This document shows, one piece after another, positions 1 to 8,659 of a stretch of DNA of 17,980 nt. The stretch spans positions 1 through 17,980 of the forward strand of contig JAGGYF010000017.1 of NCBI GenBank assembly GCA_021162685.1. Direction: 5' to 3'. Under the pieces are notes generated by a model. The model had not been told where the DNA came from. It made no database searches and was given only the letters and a program-made list of their open reading frames with translations. Position 1 is the first letter of the stretch; every line of letters starts with the position of its first letter. The stretch comes from Candidatus Iainarchaeum sp. GTDB lineage: Archaea; B1Sed10-29; WALL01. Made by a program: the position numbers and the translations under genes.

Positions 1-127
1 AATCTTTATCCCTAGTTCTCTTTTCAGTTCTCTATCAACCTTTTTCCTTTCGCTTTGCTCAAGCAAAAAGCTTGACCAAAAAGTGCTGCTACGCAGCAAT
101 CTTTATCCCTAGTTCTCTTTTCAGTTC
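1..127. repeat. 30-bp exact direct repeat (1-30 and 98-127) duplicating the tfb 3' coding end; first copy cut by window edge
   Basis: AATCTTTATCCCTAGTTCTCTTTTCAGTTC occurs at 1-30 and 98-127; on the minus strand it encodes [10 protein letters not shown]. Confidence 0.95.
35..75. repeat. Imperfect inverted repeat/hairpin just downstream of the tfb stop; possible terminator or small palindromic element
   Basis: TCAACCTTTTT (35-45) pairs with AAAAAGCTTGA (65-75) at 10/11; inner GCTT..AAGC stem; T-tracts on the minus strand. Confidence 0.6.
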
Positions 128-988
128 CCGGTATCTGTTTCTTATTGTTACTTCTGTTACTCCTGCCACATCTGCAACCTCTTTTTGTGTTCTGCGTTCT
201 CCCATTATCACTCCCGCAATGTAAACAGCTGCTGCAGCAACACCTGTTGGACCTCTTCCTGATATCAGCCCCTTGTTTATTGCCTCTTCAAGTATTTCTT
301 TGGCTCTTTCCTGAACCTCACCGCTTAGTTCAAGTTCTGATGCGAACCTTGGTACATAGTGTATTGGGTTGGTTAGTGGCACCTTCACAAACAACTCTTT
401 CTTGATAAACCTATACGTTCTTCCTATTTCCTTCTTTGGTATACCAGAGACCTCAGATATCTCATCCAATGTTCTTGGGATACCATACTGCCTGCACAAT
501 GTATATATGACAGCAGCAACTACTGATTCAATGAGCCTTCCTCTGATCAATCCTTTTTCTACTGCTTTTCTGTACAACAACGCACTCGCTTCCCTTACAT
601 TGCTTGGCAGACCTAATGCAGATGCAATTCTATCCAATTCACTTAATGCAATTGTTAGGTTTCTCTCCATTGAAGATGATATAGAACTCCTCTTATGCCA
701 TTTCCTAAGCCTATACATCTGCGCCTGGCTTTGTGGTGATATCTTAGACCCTCTTATATCTCTATTATACTTATCAATCTCAGTAACCAAACCCTTATTC
801 GGCTTTGTATATTTTATAGGGGCACCAGTCCTTTGTCTTTTTGCTCTTTGGTCAGAATCAAATGCTCTCCATTCAGGACCAAAATCTACCATATTCTCCT
901 CTATAACTGCTCCACAATCCATACATACAATTTCTGCTCTCTCGTAATCATGATGCAAGTTCTTTGATCCACACTCAGGGCATTTCAT
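89..988 (-). CDS. tfb: Transcription initiation factor IIB (TFB)
   Basis: Zn ribbon CPECG..CMDCG, B-reader GPEWRAF, two cyclin repeats, C-terminal [11 protein letters not shown]. Start placed at ATG 988, 5 nt after a GAGGTGA SD at 994-1000. Confidence 0.98.
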   Translation of the reverse strand: MKCPECGSKNLHHDYERAEIVCMDCGAVIEENMVDFGPEWRAFDSDQRAKRQRTGAPIKYTKPNKGLVTEIDKYNRDIRGSKISPQSQAQMYRLRKWHKRSSISSSMERNLTIALSELDRIASALGLPSNVREASALLYRKAVEKGLIRGRLIESVVAAVIYTLCRQYGIPRTLDEISEVSGIPKKEIGRTYRFIKKELFVKVPLTNPIHYVPRFASELELSGEVQERAKEILEEAINKGLISGRGPTGVAAAAVYIAGVIMGERRTQKEVADVAGVTEVTIRNRYRELKRELGIKIAA

Positions 989-993
989 CACAA

Positions 994-1200
994 TCACCTC
1001 ACGAACAATTTGTCTCCTATGTTTGCATGTCCTTCTATGAGTATATACGGCTTCTTTGTTGGGCCAAGTATCTTGTACACCTTCCCCACGTACTTTCCGT
1101 TTCCAGCATATACCTTTGTTCCAATGCGTGGGATATCCCTATTTCTTACGATCATATATCCCGACGCAGAGATTGAGATAACTTGGCCTAATTTTTTCAT
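994..1200 (-). CDS. gar1: H/ACA RNP protein Gar1 (archaeal Gar1/Naf1 family)
   Basis: 68 aa: [37 protein letters not shown]; the gar1-tfb adjacency is a known archaeal arrangement. Confidence 0.9.
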   Translation of the reverse strand: MKKLGQVISISASGYMIVRNRDIPRIGTKVYAGNGKYVGKVYKILGPTKKPYILIEGHANIGDKLFVR

Positions 1201-1265
1201 ATGACCACTAGAAGCCGCCTCTACCGTTAAGCTTTTATATTTGCTATTAAACTCCTTTATAAACT

Positions 1266-2087
1266 TTACGGTTTTTTAACCCTCTTCATCTGTTCTACAA
1301 TGGCCCCAGCAATGCCCTCTATAGCATCTGCCAATATGCCACCCTCATGTAGTATAGCAGATATCCCCTTATCTGCCATCTCTCTTGCCTTTAAGTCAAT
1401 AGGTATCTCCCCAAGAAAGTCTGCACCTACCTCCTCTGCTAGCCGCTTTCCTCCTCCTTCTCCAAATATATCAATCTTTTTCCCGCAGTGCGGACATATA
1501 AGATAACTCATATTCTCCACAATCCCTATGTACGGTATGCCACTCTCCTTCATCATGGTTGCTGCTTTTCTTGTATCAAATAATGCAACATTCTGAGGGG
1601 TTGTTACAACAATCGCTGCATCAATATTTATACTCTGGATGATTGTGAGAATCTCATCACCTGTGCCAGGAGGAAAATCAACAATAAAGAAATCAAGGTC
1701 TCCCCACCTTACATCCCTGAGAAGTTGCCATATTGCTTTTGTGATTAGTGGACCTCTCCACACTATCGGTTGTTCTTCTTCTACGAGAGAGCCAAATGTC
1801 ATTACCTTTATGGCTGGAATTTTGCCACCAAAATCTACAAAATACGGGATAATCTCTTTTTCCTCTATCATTATGTTTTTGTTTTCTATCCCGAGCATCT
1901 TGGAGATATCTGGTCCATGTACGTCTGCATCCAGTAACCCAACACTATATCCCCTTTTTGCCAGTGCAGTTGCTAAATTTACAGCAACTGTGGTTTTACC
2001 AACACCTCCTTTCCCACTTAATACTGCAATCTTATACTTCCAACGTTTTTCCCTTTCTTTTATTTTCTTCATTGTATCCTCAATCAT
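1266..2087 (-). CDS. mrp: Mrp/NBP35 (ApbC) Fe-S cluster carrier P-loop ATPase
   Basis: SGKGGVGKTT deviant Walker A, DADVHGP, VWRGP, DFPPGTGD, VTTPQ, ENMSYLICPHC. Start placed at ATG 2087, which forms an ATGA overlap with the antiporter stop. Confidence 0.96.
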   Translation of the reverse strand: MIEDTMKKIKEREKRWKYKIAVLSGKGGVGKTTVAVNLATALAKRGYSVGLLDADVHGPDISKMLGIENKNIMIEEKEIIPYFVDFGGKIPAIKVMTFGSLVEEEQPIVWRGPLITKAIWQLLRDVRWGDLDFFIVDFPPGTGDEILTIIQSINIDAAIVVTTPQNVALFDTRKAATMMKESGIPYIGIVENMSYLICPHCGKKIDIFGEGGGKRLAEEVGADFLGEIPIDLKAREMADKGISAILHEGGILADAIEGIAGAIVEQMKRVKKP

Positions 2088-3259
2088 GTAGTCACTTCCT
2101 TTTTTTGTAGATGCCATCTCAGGATAAGATGCGAGAACAACAATGGGATTATGAACTTGAACACAATACTTGATGCCACAATTACAGAATAAAGTTCACT
2201 TCCGATTATCCCACTCTCAAAGAGCATTTTCACAATTATGATACTTGTGCTGAATCTGATAGACAGTCCAATCCCAAGCAATATGGACTCTTTTGTCCCT
2301 AAACGTTTTCTTCCTGCAATCCAACTTGCCAATATCTTCGCACTGTTTGATACTAGAACAACGAGGATAATCAGTAGAGGATAAGCTGCAAGGTATGCGA
2401 CATTCATTTCTACGCCAACCCATACAAAGAAGAATGGGGCAAAGAAACCATAGCACATCGTTTTTATCTCACTTTCTATGGTTTTCATCCTCTCTTCTGG
2501 GAGGAATGTTCGTATTGCAATTCCAGCCAGAAGGGCAGCAATTGCTGTTGCATGCGCATATTCTCCAACACCCAAAAACAGGAAGAGAATGAACAAAACA
2601 AATAGGAATGTTGTTTCTATTTTTAAGAATGAAAACTGCCTACCCTCCTTCTTTAGTTTTGTTAATCCGAATGCAAGGACAAGTAATGCAAATAATGAGC
2701 CAACAATCATAGAAGTATGTACCTGTGGTACTTTTGCACTTGACCCCACTAAGAATATTGTTAGAATAAGTGCGATAATCTCAATTATATCATCTAATGT
2801 TCCTATTCCAATTATACTCTGTCCAAGTTTTGTATTTACAATATTGAATTCATCAAGAATAGGAATCAATATTGCTTCACCCACTGTTGCAAATGAAAGC
2901 GCGACAACAAATGATGTAAACCATTCATACCCAAAAACAAAGTGAACCAGCAGCGTGCCAAAAAACGCTTCAAACAATATGATGAAAAATGTTGCTTCTA
3001 CAATAAACCTGCCTAATTTACTCAGTTCACTCAGGTCAAGTTTCAATCCAATCACAAATAGAAGAAGGTACATCCCGAACTGTGCTAGGAATTCAAATTC
3101 AGGCGAGGATGTAATAGATGCGAATGGATTATACGCTGCCAACAAAAAACCAAAAACCAATGACGCGAAAATCCACGGTACTTTAAGTTTTTCAATTAGT
3201 CTTCCTGCTAAGAATGTGAATATAAACATTATTCCAATAAACAAAAAGAAGTTTATCAT
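2084..3259 (-). CDS. Cation:proton antiporter, CPA2/KefB-NapA type
   Basis: 391 aa, about 12-13 hydrophobic segments; LLLFVIGL, GTLDDI, FFAPFFFVWVG motifs. Confidence 0.9.
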   Translation of the reverse strand: MINFFLFIGIMFIFTFLAGRLIEKLKVPWIFASLVFGFLLAAYNPFASITSSPEFEFLAQFGMYLLLFVIGLKLDLSELSKLGRFIVEATFFIILFEAFFGTLLVHFVFGYEWFTSFVVALSFATVGEAILIPILDEFNIVNTKLGQSIIGIGTLDDIIEIIALILTIFLVGSSAKVPQVHTSMIVGSLFALLVLAFGLTKLKKEGRQFSFLKIETTFLFVLFILFLFLGVGEYAHATAIAALLAGIAIRTFLPEERMKTIESEIKTMCYGFFAPFFFVWVGVEMNVAYLAAYPLLIILVVLVSNSAKILASWIAGRKRLGTKESILLGIGLSIRFSTSIIIVKMLFESGIIGSELYSVIVASSIVFKFIIPLLFSHLILRWHLQKKEVTT

Positions 3260-3289
3260 GAAAATAACTTCTCATTGGATATATTTAAA

Positions 3290-3442
3290 TTATTCTTCTT
3301 CCATGCCGCTTGCCATATACGGACAAACCTTTGTTTTGCTGAACATTTCATGGCAGGCCCTTTTGTAGAGGCGGCAGTACCACCCATCATTATATGGGCA
3401 GCCCTTACAGAAGATACCGTTGACTTTTATTTCATCATCCAT
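3290..3442 (-). CDS. Small Cys-rich protein, 50 aa, putative metal-binding; not in ORF track
   Basis: Hand translation MDDEIKVNGIFCKGCPYNDGWYCRLYKRACHEMFSKTKVCPYMASGMEEE*; 5 Cys including CxxC; GGGTGG upstream; fills the gap between co-oriented genes. Confidence 0.75.
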   Translation of the reverse strand: MDDEIKVNGIFCKGCPYNDGWYCRLYKRACHEMFSKTKVCPYMASGMEEE

Positions 3443-3491
3443 TTCAGCCCACCCAAGAGCTAACTTTTAGCGTTGACCCACTATATAAGCT

Positions 3492-3905
3492 TTATGGTAG
3501 TTTTATAGGTTCCACAATCTTTGCACTCGGCACAATAAATTTCTGCACAAGCCTTCCTTTGTCATCATAAAGAGAAGCAGTATCCCCATCAATGTTCCAG
3601 ACAAACCAGCCCCTATTCCAATAAAACTGGTATTGTGGCGGATGGTATTTAGTTCCAGGATAAAAGCGATCTGTGCCAGGACCAGTTATAAGAAAAACAT
3701 ATTGACCATGCTTTATCTCATATGGCTCCCCATTTGCTAATGTTTCTGGAAACGCATATTCGTGACCCTGTGCATCCTTTATCTTCCATCTCGCAATCTT
3801 TATTGGTTTATACCCCCTATTCTCCAGAACGACGTATTCGTCCAATAACCTTTCGTGTATTGTTCTCCCATTTGCCTTGTTATGCACCTTTATGATCCTT
3901 ATCAT
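3492..3905 (-). CDS. Stand-alone lamin tail domain (LTD) protein
   Basis: DEYVVLENRG..PIKIARWKIKD..HEYAFP and VWNIDGDTASLYDDKGRLV are the LTD pattern. ATG 3905 preferred over TTG 3923. Confidence 0.85.
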   Translation of the reverse strand: MIRIIKVHNKANGRTIHERLLDEYVVLENRGYKPIKIARWKIKDAQGHEYAFPETLANGEPYEIKHGQYVFLITGPGTDRFYPGTKYHPPQYQFYWNRGWFVWNIDGDTASLYDDKGRLVQKFIVPSAKIVEPIKLP

Positions 3906-3909
3906 ATTC

Positions 3910-4680
3910 TCACTCAATCTCAAATCGTTTTAATATCTTCCTTTCTTTTGGCTTCACTTCTGCAACAACTGTGATATACTTCTGTAACCCTGAATCCTCT
4001 ATCCTGGGTTTCAATAGATTATCAATCTGGAAGATCCCTGCAGAGTTATTCATAACAATCTTTATGAGTATTGGTTTTTTCTTTCCTTTCTTTATTATTA
4101 CTTCATCAATTGCAAGAGCAGATACAGCGTGAATATCCTTTTTTCCTAGTGTAAATGGTATCCTTGCCCTCCCCTTTTCCATGTCTAATGCGTCTGCTAC
4201 TCTAACAACTCCTGCTTCAATTGTTAATGGTTTAATTCTACTGTCATGTAATACCATTGCATGCAATACCTCAGATATAATTATTGATCTCTCCTCTATG
4301 GAATATGATTTTAGAAGGTCATGTAGTAGATAAAACGCAATAAACAATCCAAATTCATCATGCCCCTCTCTGTGCACAATCATACCAACATCATGAAGAA
4401 TGCTTGCTAAAACAACAACTACTTCTGCATCCTCATTTGTCAACTTATGATTAGTAACAATACTTGGTTTTACTCCTGCCTCTATGAGCATCCTTAATAT
4501 CTTTAATGCGATATTTGCTACAATCTTTACGTGAACACTTCCATGGTCTGAATAACCAAGCCTATCAATGGCGTTTACATTTGCGCATTTCCAGTATGTT
4601 TGCAGCTCTTTATTTGCCTCAATTGCTTTTACTACTGTGGCTAACTTCTTGTTATTCCTGCACGGGATATTAAATCGCAT
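3910..4680 (-). CDS. HD-domain metal-dependent phosphohydrolase (COG3294-like)
   Basis: RLGYSDHG.VH, LHDVG..HREGH, ADALDMEKGRARIP, IHAVSA, NNSAGIFQID. Confidence 0.92.
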   Translation of the reverse strand: MRFNIPCRNNKKLATVVKAIEANKELQTYWKCANVNAIDRLGYSDHGSVHVKIVANIALKILRMLIEAGVKPSIVTNHKLTNEDAEVVVVLASILHDVGMIVHREGHDEFGLFIAFYLLHDLLKSYSIEERSIIISEVLHAMVLHDSRIKPLTIEAGVVRVADALDMEKGRARIPFTLGKKDIHAVSALAIDEVIIKKGKKKPILIKIVMNNSAGIFQIDNLLKPRIEDSGLQKYITVVAEVKPKERKILKRFEIE

Positions 4681-4764
4681 AGTATATACAAAGACACCTA
4701 CCTATTTAATATTTTAGGCACCTGATACGAAAGTAATATATACTCATTTTTGTAATAATTATTC

Positions 4765-5676
4765 ATGCCTTTTAAACCGAAAAAAAGGGGAAAACCCTCA
4801 AAACTCCGCAAATTAATGATTTTCAAGAATAAATACGATGTCTCATTGCCTACATTTATAGGGAGAGAGATAAAGCAAGGCGTAAGAAACCTGCGATATG
4901 CTGCCCGTTGGCGAGGAATAAAAATAGAGCACCTAGACCTGTCAAAACTCTCAGGAGATGAATTGGTGCGCAAACACTATGACATAAAAACAAAGAAATT
5001 CAAGGACCCGAGGATGGAGAACTTTTTCAAATTGCTAGAAAAGACCTTCAATCCTGATTACTTCTATGAGAGGGATGATTATGTTGAGTCACTCAAGGAG
5101 GACGATTACCACATAACATTTGCAATTGATAAGAAAACAGGCGAATTGATAGGAGGAGCAATGTCCTCTGTCGGAAAATTAAAAGATGGTTCGCATGTCA
5201 TGTTTCCGGAATATATTGTGGTTGAGGAAAGGTTTAGGGCAAAGGGCCTTGGTACCCATATGTTCAACAAGCATTACCGTGAAATCAGAAAGCGCGTAGG
5301 AGGAAAGCTAAGGGAAAGACTTGCTAGGAGAATAAAAGGGGAAGGACCCCCAATAAAGTATGTTGTAGGAGATGTAAGGGACGAGCATATGACAAACTAC
5401 CAACCAAAAATAGGATATAAGTCCGCGGGGAAATTTGCATACCCAGACGAATGGCCAGAAGAGTTGGAGAAAACGAACCTGCTCCTTATACAAACAGGTG
5501 CAAGGAAACATAAAACAAGGATACCATCAGATGAAATAAACAAGGTACTGGAATTTCTTGCTGAAGGAGAAGGACTTGAAGGCGAAGAGCTAAAGCGCTA
5601 TCTGGAAGACCAAGGTTTACCTCCTGGCATTGAGATAAAGTTAAAGGAGATAAAAAAGAAGAAACAAAAGGCGTGA
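4765..5676 (+). CDS. GNAT-family acetyltransferase-like protein with long basic N-terminal extension
   Basis: EYIVVEERFRAKGLGTHMF is acetyl-CoA motif A, preceded by ELIGGAM and followed by NYQPKIGYK. N-terminus MPFKPKKRGKPSKLRK; C-terminus KKKKQKA. Confidence 0.75.
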   Translation: MPFKPKKRGKPSKLRKLMIFKNKYDVSLPTFIGREIKQGVRNLRYAARWRGIKIEHLDLSKLSGDELVRKHYDIKTKKFKDPRMENFFKLLEKTFNPDYFYERDDYVESLKEDDYHITFAIDKKTGELIGGAMSSVGKLKDGSHVMFPEYIVVEERFRAKGLGTHMFNKHYREIRKRVGGKLRERLARRIKGEGPPIKYVVGDVRDEHMTNYQPKIGYKSAGKFAYPDEWPEELEKTNLLLIQTGARKHKTRIPSDEINKVLEFLAEGEGLEGEELKRYLEDQGLPPGIEIKLKEIKKKKQKA

Positions 5677-5681
5677 TCTTA

Positions 5682-6671
5682 TCATATGTCTGTTAGAACA
5701 ATCCTCCTTTTTCTTCTCCCCTCTTTTACAAGCCAGTTCATGATTGTTCCATCAACATCATACCATGAGCCATTTGCATATATTTGTGTGACTTGATTAA
5801 AATGGCCAACATCTGGGTTTGGATTTGTCATCGCAAGATGTCCCAAACTCTGCCTATTCTCCAATTCCATAACAAGTTCTTGCTTGTCCTTCCCACCATA
5901 AAGCACAAATGGCTTGCAGTACTCCTCTTTTTCTATGAGCATATACCCAACAATCTTTTTCGCATTATATGGTATATCCTCTCCCCCTATGTTAAGCACA
6001 ACCTTTCCTTCTTTGTCTGCTTTTTCCAATACTCCTCTCCCAAATTTCTCAAATACGTAATCATGCGTTGCGATGAATTTCGGATTAACACCTAATGGCA
6101 ATTTTTTAACAGAAGGATCAACTTCAAATGCATATGCTTTTGCCTTTTTGACTTCATATTCCAACGGTGGTAAAACAAAATCATGTATTTCTGATAATCT
6201 CTTTTGTAGAATTATCCTTTCAATCTTTTTTCTCAATGCATCCATATGCTTTGGATCATTTGGATTATAAACATACTCCTTAATTACAACATCCCTTTCT
6301 GGATGCAGTCTTATGCTCTGTGCTTCCATAACTCCTCCTACCAATTCCCCCACTCTTCTCATCCCCTTTGCCCTTCCCCATATGACAGAATGCGGTTTTA
6401 TCTCACCTTTCTTCAATATCCTTTCTATTTCTTCCAATGTTGTTTCTTTTCCATCTAATGTTACAAGTGGCTTTTCAAAAAATTCAATTGTGGGGAGCAT
6501 GGTCTGGATAGTTTTTTTCACCTCTTTTTTCTGCTCTCTCTTTTTAATCTCTACTTTTGGAGGGGTCCCAGCATCAATCACTACTTTATTCCCTCTTTTG
6601 ATCCTCTGCAGGTTCCTTTTCCTAAAATGTTCTATAACCCTCCTGAATAACCCTCTTTTTAGAATTGACAT
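5682..6671 (-). CDS. Hypothetical protein with protein-kinase-like motifs, ending immediately after the DFG-equivalent
   Basis: Ordered motifs GELVGGVM, VVIK, YMLIEK, YDVDGTIMNWLV, IVLTDI-stop; basic amphipathic N-terminus. CDS is likely; function is tentative. Confidence 0.5.
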   Translation of the reverse strand: MSILKRGLFRRVIEHFRKRNLQRIKRGNKVVIDAGTPPKVEIKKREQKKEVKKTIQTMLPTIEFFEKPLVTLDGKETTLEEIERILKKGEIKPHSVIWGRAKGMRRVGELVGGVMEAQSIRLHPERDVVIKEYVYNPNDPKHMDALRKKIERIILQKRLSEIHDFVLPPLEYEVKKAKAYAFEVDPSVKKLPLGVNPKFIATHDYVFEKFGRGVLEKADKEGKVVLNIGGEDIPYNAKKIVGYMLIEKEEYCKPFVLYGGKDKQELVMELENRQSLGHLAMTNPNPDVGHFNQVTQIYANGSWYDVDGTIMNWLVKEGRRKRRIVLTDI

Positions 6672-6675
6672 AGGT

Positions 6676-6701
6676 TATTTTTGCAACAACATTTTTATAT
6701 T
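6676..6701. promoter_or_regulatory. Shared divergent promoter: TATA-like TTTTTATATT (6692-6701) plus TTGCAAAAATA element on the minus strand (6676-6686)
   Basis: 50-bp gap between divergent ATGs at 6671 and 6722; the AT box lies 21-30 nt from both starts. Confidence 0.5.
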
Positions 6702-6721
6702 CTTTTCCCCCAATATACATC

Positions 6722-6919
6722 ATGCCGTCGAGAGGGAAGAAGATTGATATAAAACGCTTTTTTACGAGAAGGGCAAGGAAGATGAGAGCAAGCCCCATAC
6801 GTGAGCTATTAAAGATTGCAAAGGTACCAGGTATGATATATCTGGCTGGCGGTCTTCCTTCTCCAGAGTCTTTCCCGAGTGAGCACATAAAAGAGGCACT
6901 TGCAGAATCTAAGAAGTAA
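6722..6919 (+). pseudogene. N-terminal fragment (65 aa) of a class I PLP-dependent aminotransferase (LysN/ARO8/MocR-type)
   Basis: RRARKMRASPIRELLKIAKVPGMIYLAGGLPSPESFP is the N-terminus of this ~400-aa family; the frame runs into the convergent GlmU-like 3' end and stops. Confidence 0.85.
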
Positions 6920-8198
6920 TCTTCTTCATCAGTTCAAATTTTTTGTTTGGTTCAATAATATCCTTTTGTTCTCTGTACTCCCATTCCTGCCTGAGTAATA
7001 TGACTGTGTTCGGTTCCACATGCTTTTTCAAAACAACACCAGGCCCTATAAAGGAGTTCTCGCCGATTTTTATCCCTGGATAAATGCTTGAGTTTATCCC
7101 AGTTTTACAATTCTTCCCTACTACACATCCAAATTTATCTGTTCCTGTATCTATCCTTTTTCCATTGATTTCCATATAAACATTCTTTTCATCAAACCTA
7201 AAGTTCGCAGTAACACATCCAGATCCGAACATGCAGTTATCCATTACTATTGAGTCGCCAACATAGTTGTTGTGGAACCACACATTATCTGCAATATAAC
7301 TTCTCGCGATTTCTGTTGAAAAGCCAACAACACAATTTTCCCCTATGTTACTCCCTCTAACCAATGCGTTATTTGCTATGACAGTATTTTTTCCTATGTA
7401 TACTGGCCCATTTATAACAGCATTTTCAAATATTCTTACGTTATCTTCAATCACTACGTTTCCCTTAATAGTGGCTTTTTCAGATATCTTTGCATTCTCA
7501 GAGATGCGAGGTTTTTGATTTTCAAGGAAGAATTTCATTACTTTTAGTATATGGAAGGGATACTTTATGGGGCCCCAGAATCCATTATACCGAACAACAT
7601 TAAATTCCATTGTTTTCATCATCTCGTCCAATGCCTTTTCATAAACGTCGTCCCTGTCGCTTTTTGTTTTTTCCAAATAACTTATCAGTGTGTCGGCATC
7701 TTTATGCATATGGAATACTAGGTTTACCAGATTACTAGGTTCTTTTCCTGGCTCAGGTTTTTCTATTATGCCTTTTACTCGGTTTCCCTCCACAATGAGA
7801 TATCCGCCAGGGAAGTATTGGTTTACCTCATACCCTAGTATAGCGCAATCTCCCTTTGCTTCTTTTACCATTCTATATGCCCTAGGTTCAACAACGTCAT
7901 TCGCACCAACTATGAGTACTGAGTCCCCTTCAATCAATTCCTTTGCAGAGAGCACTGCATCAGCCATCCCCCTTGGCTCTTTTTGTATTGCGTACTCTAC
8001 TTTATCACCAAAAATCTTTTTCATCTCTTCTATGTTTATTGGTGATGCCACAATAACTATATCATCAAATCCCGCGTCTTTCGCCATCTCAACCTGTTTT
8101 TCAATCAGCGTTTTCCCACAAAATTTTATGAGCGTTTTGTCTTTTGTTATCGGCAACATTCTTTTCCCAATACCACCAACTAAAAATAAAACCTTCAT
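6909..8198 (-). CDS. glmU: Bifunctional sugar-1-phosphate nucleotidylyltransferase/acetyltransferase (archaeal GlmU-like)
   Basis: GGIGKRMLPIT..K, Q.EPRGMADAV, IIEKP, hexapeptide left-handed beta-helix, YVGDSI, TANFRFD, KFGCVVG; GAGGTGA SD at 8203-8209. Confidence 0.88.
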   Translation of the reverse strand: MKVLFLVGGIGKRMLPITKDKTLIKFCGKTLIEKQVEMAKDAGFDDIVIVASPINIEEMKKIFGDKVEYAIQKEPRGMADAVLSAKELIEGDSVLIVGANDVVEPRAYRMVKEAKGDCAILGYEVNQYFPGGYLIVEGNRVKGIIEKPEPGKEPSNLVNLVFHMHKDADTLISYLEKTKSDRDDVYEKALDEMMKTMEFNVVRYNGFWGPIKYPFHILKVMKFFLENQKPRISENAKISEKATIKGNVVIEDNVRIFENAVINGPVYIGKNTVIANNALVRGSNIGENCVVGFSTEIARSYIADNVWFHNNYVGDSIVMDNCMFGSGCVTANFRFDEKNVYMEINGKRIDTGTDKFGCVVGKNCKTGINSSIYPGIKIGENSFIGPGVVLKKHVEPNTVILLRQEWEYREQKDIIEPNKKFELMKKITS

Positions 8199-8659
8199 GT
8201 TTTCACCTCAAGCATTAGTTTATCAAACCCTTTTGTGATGAACTTCTTTGCACCAAGTTTCTTTGCAACATCCTCTGCAATTTTCTTATTTTTGGATTGC
8301 ACAACTAAGAACTTCCCTAGCTTTGGTATGTATTCGATACTTACTATAACACCCCTCTTTTTGTAGATCTCTCCCCTCTTGTTTATCACAACTCTAATAC
8401 CAAATGCCATTTCAAACAAATTCTTCATGCTCTTCGGTTTTTCTATTGGAACTTTTTTGAATACAAAACCCTTCCCAGTTTTTTTGTAGATGATAAGCCA
8501 AGCTTTTCCTAACTCTTCATTTATCTTAAATACCGTCAATTGTTTAACATCAAAGTACGTATCTCTCACTTTTATTATTGTCTTTTTTCCAAATCCCATC
8601 TCTTTTATTTTATCCCTAACTTTATTTAGATCCAGGATCCTGCATTTTACTTCATGCAT
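8195..8659 (-). CDS. CYTH (CyaB/class IV adenylate cyclase-like) domain protein, degenerate active site
   Basis: EVKCRI, DTYFD, IIYKK, VINKRGEIY, EYIPKLGKFL layout; several canonical Glu/Arg residues absent. Confidence 0.75.
   Translation of the reverse strand: MHEVKCRILDLNKVRDKIKEMGFGKKTIIKVRDTYFDVKQLTVFKINEELGKAWLIIYKKTGKGFVFKKVPIEKPKSMKNLFEMAFGIRVVINKRGEIYKKRGVIVSIEYIPKLGKFLVVQSKNKKIAEDVAKKLGAKKFITKGFDKLMLEVKT

Noticed and set aside
1-127. CRISPR array (30-bp repeats)
   Set aside because: Only two copies are visible, the spacer is 67 bp, one copy is tfb coding sequence, and no cas genes are present.
145-3463. Plus-strand ORFs such as 369-947, 1639-2091, 2478-2945 and 3275-3463
   Set aside because: Antisense to well-supported genes, with Ser/Ile/Phe-rich shadow composition and no motifs.
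4765-6671. GNAT plus kinase-like genes as a toxin-antitoxin pair
   Set aside because: They are convergent, separately promoted, both over 300 aa, and there is no small DNA-binding antitoxin.
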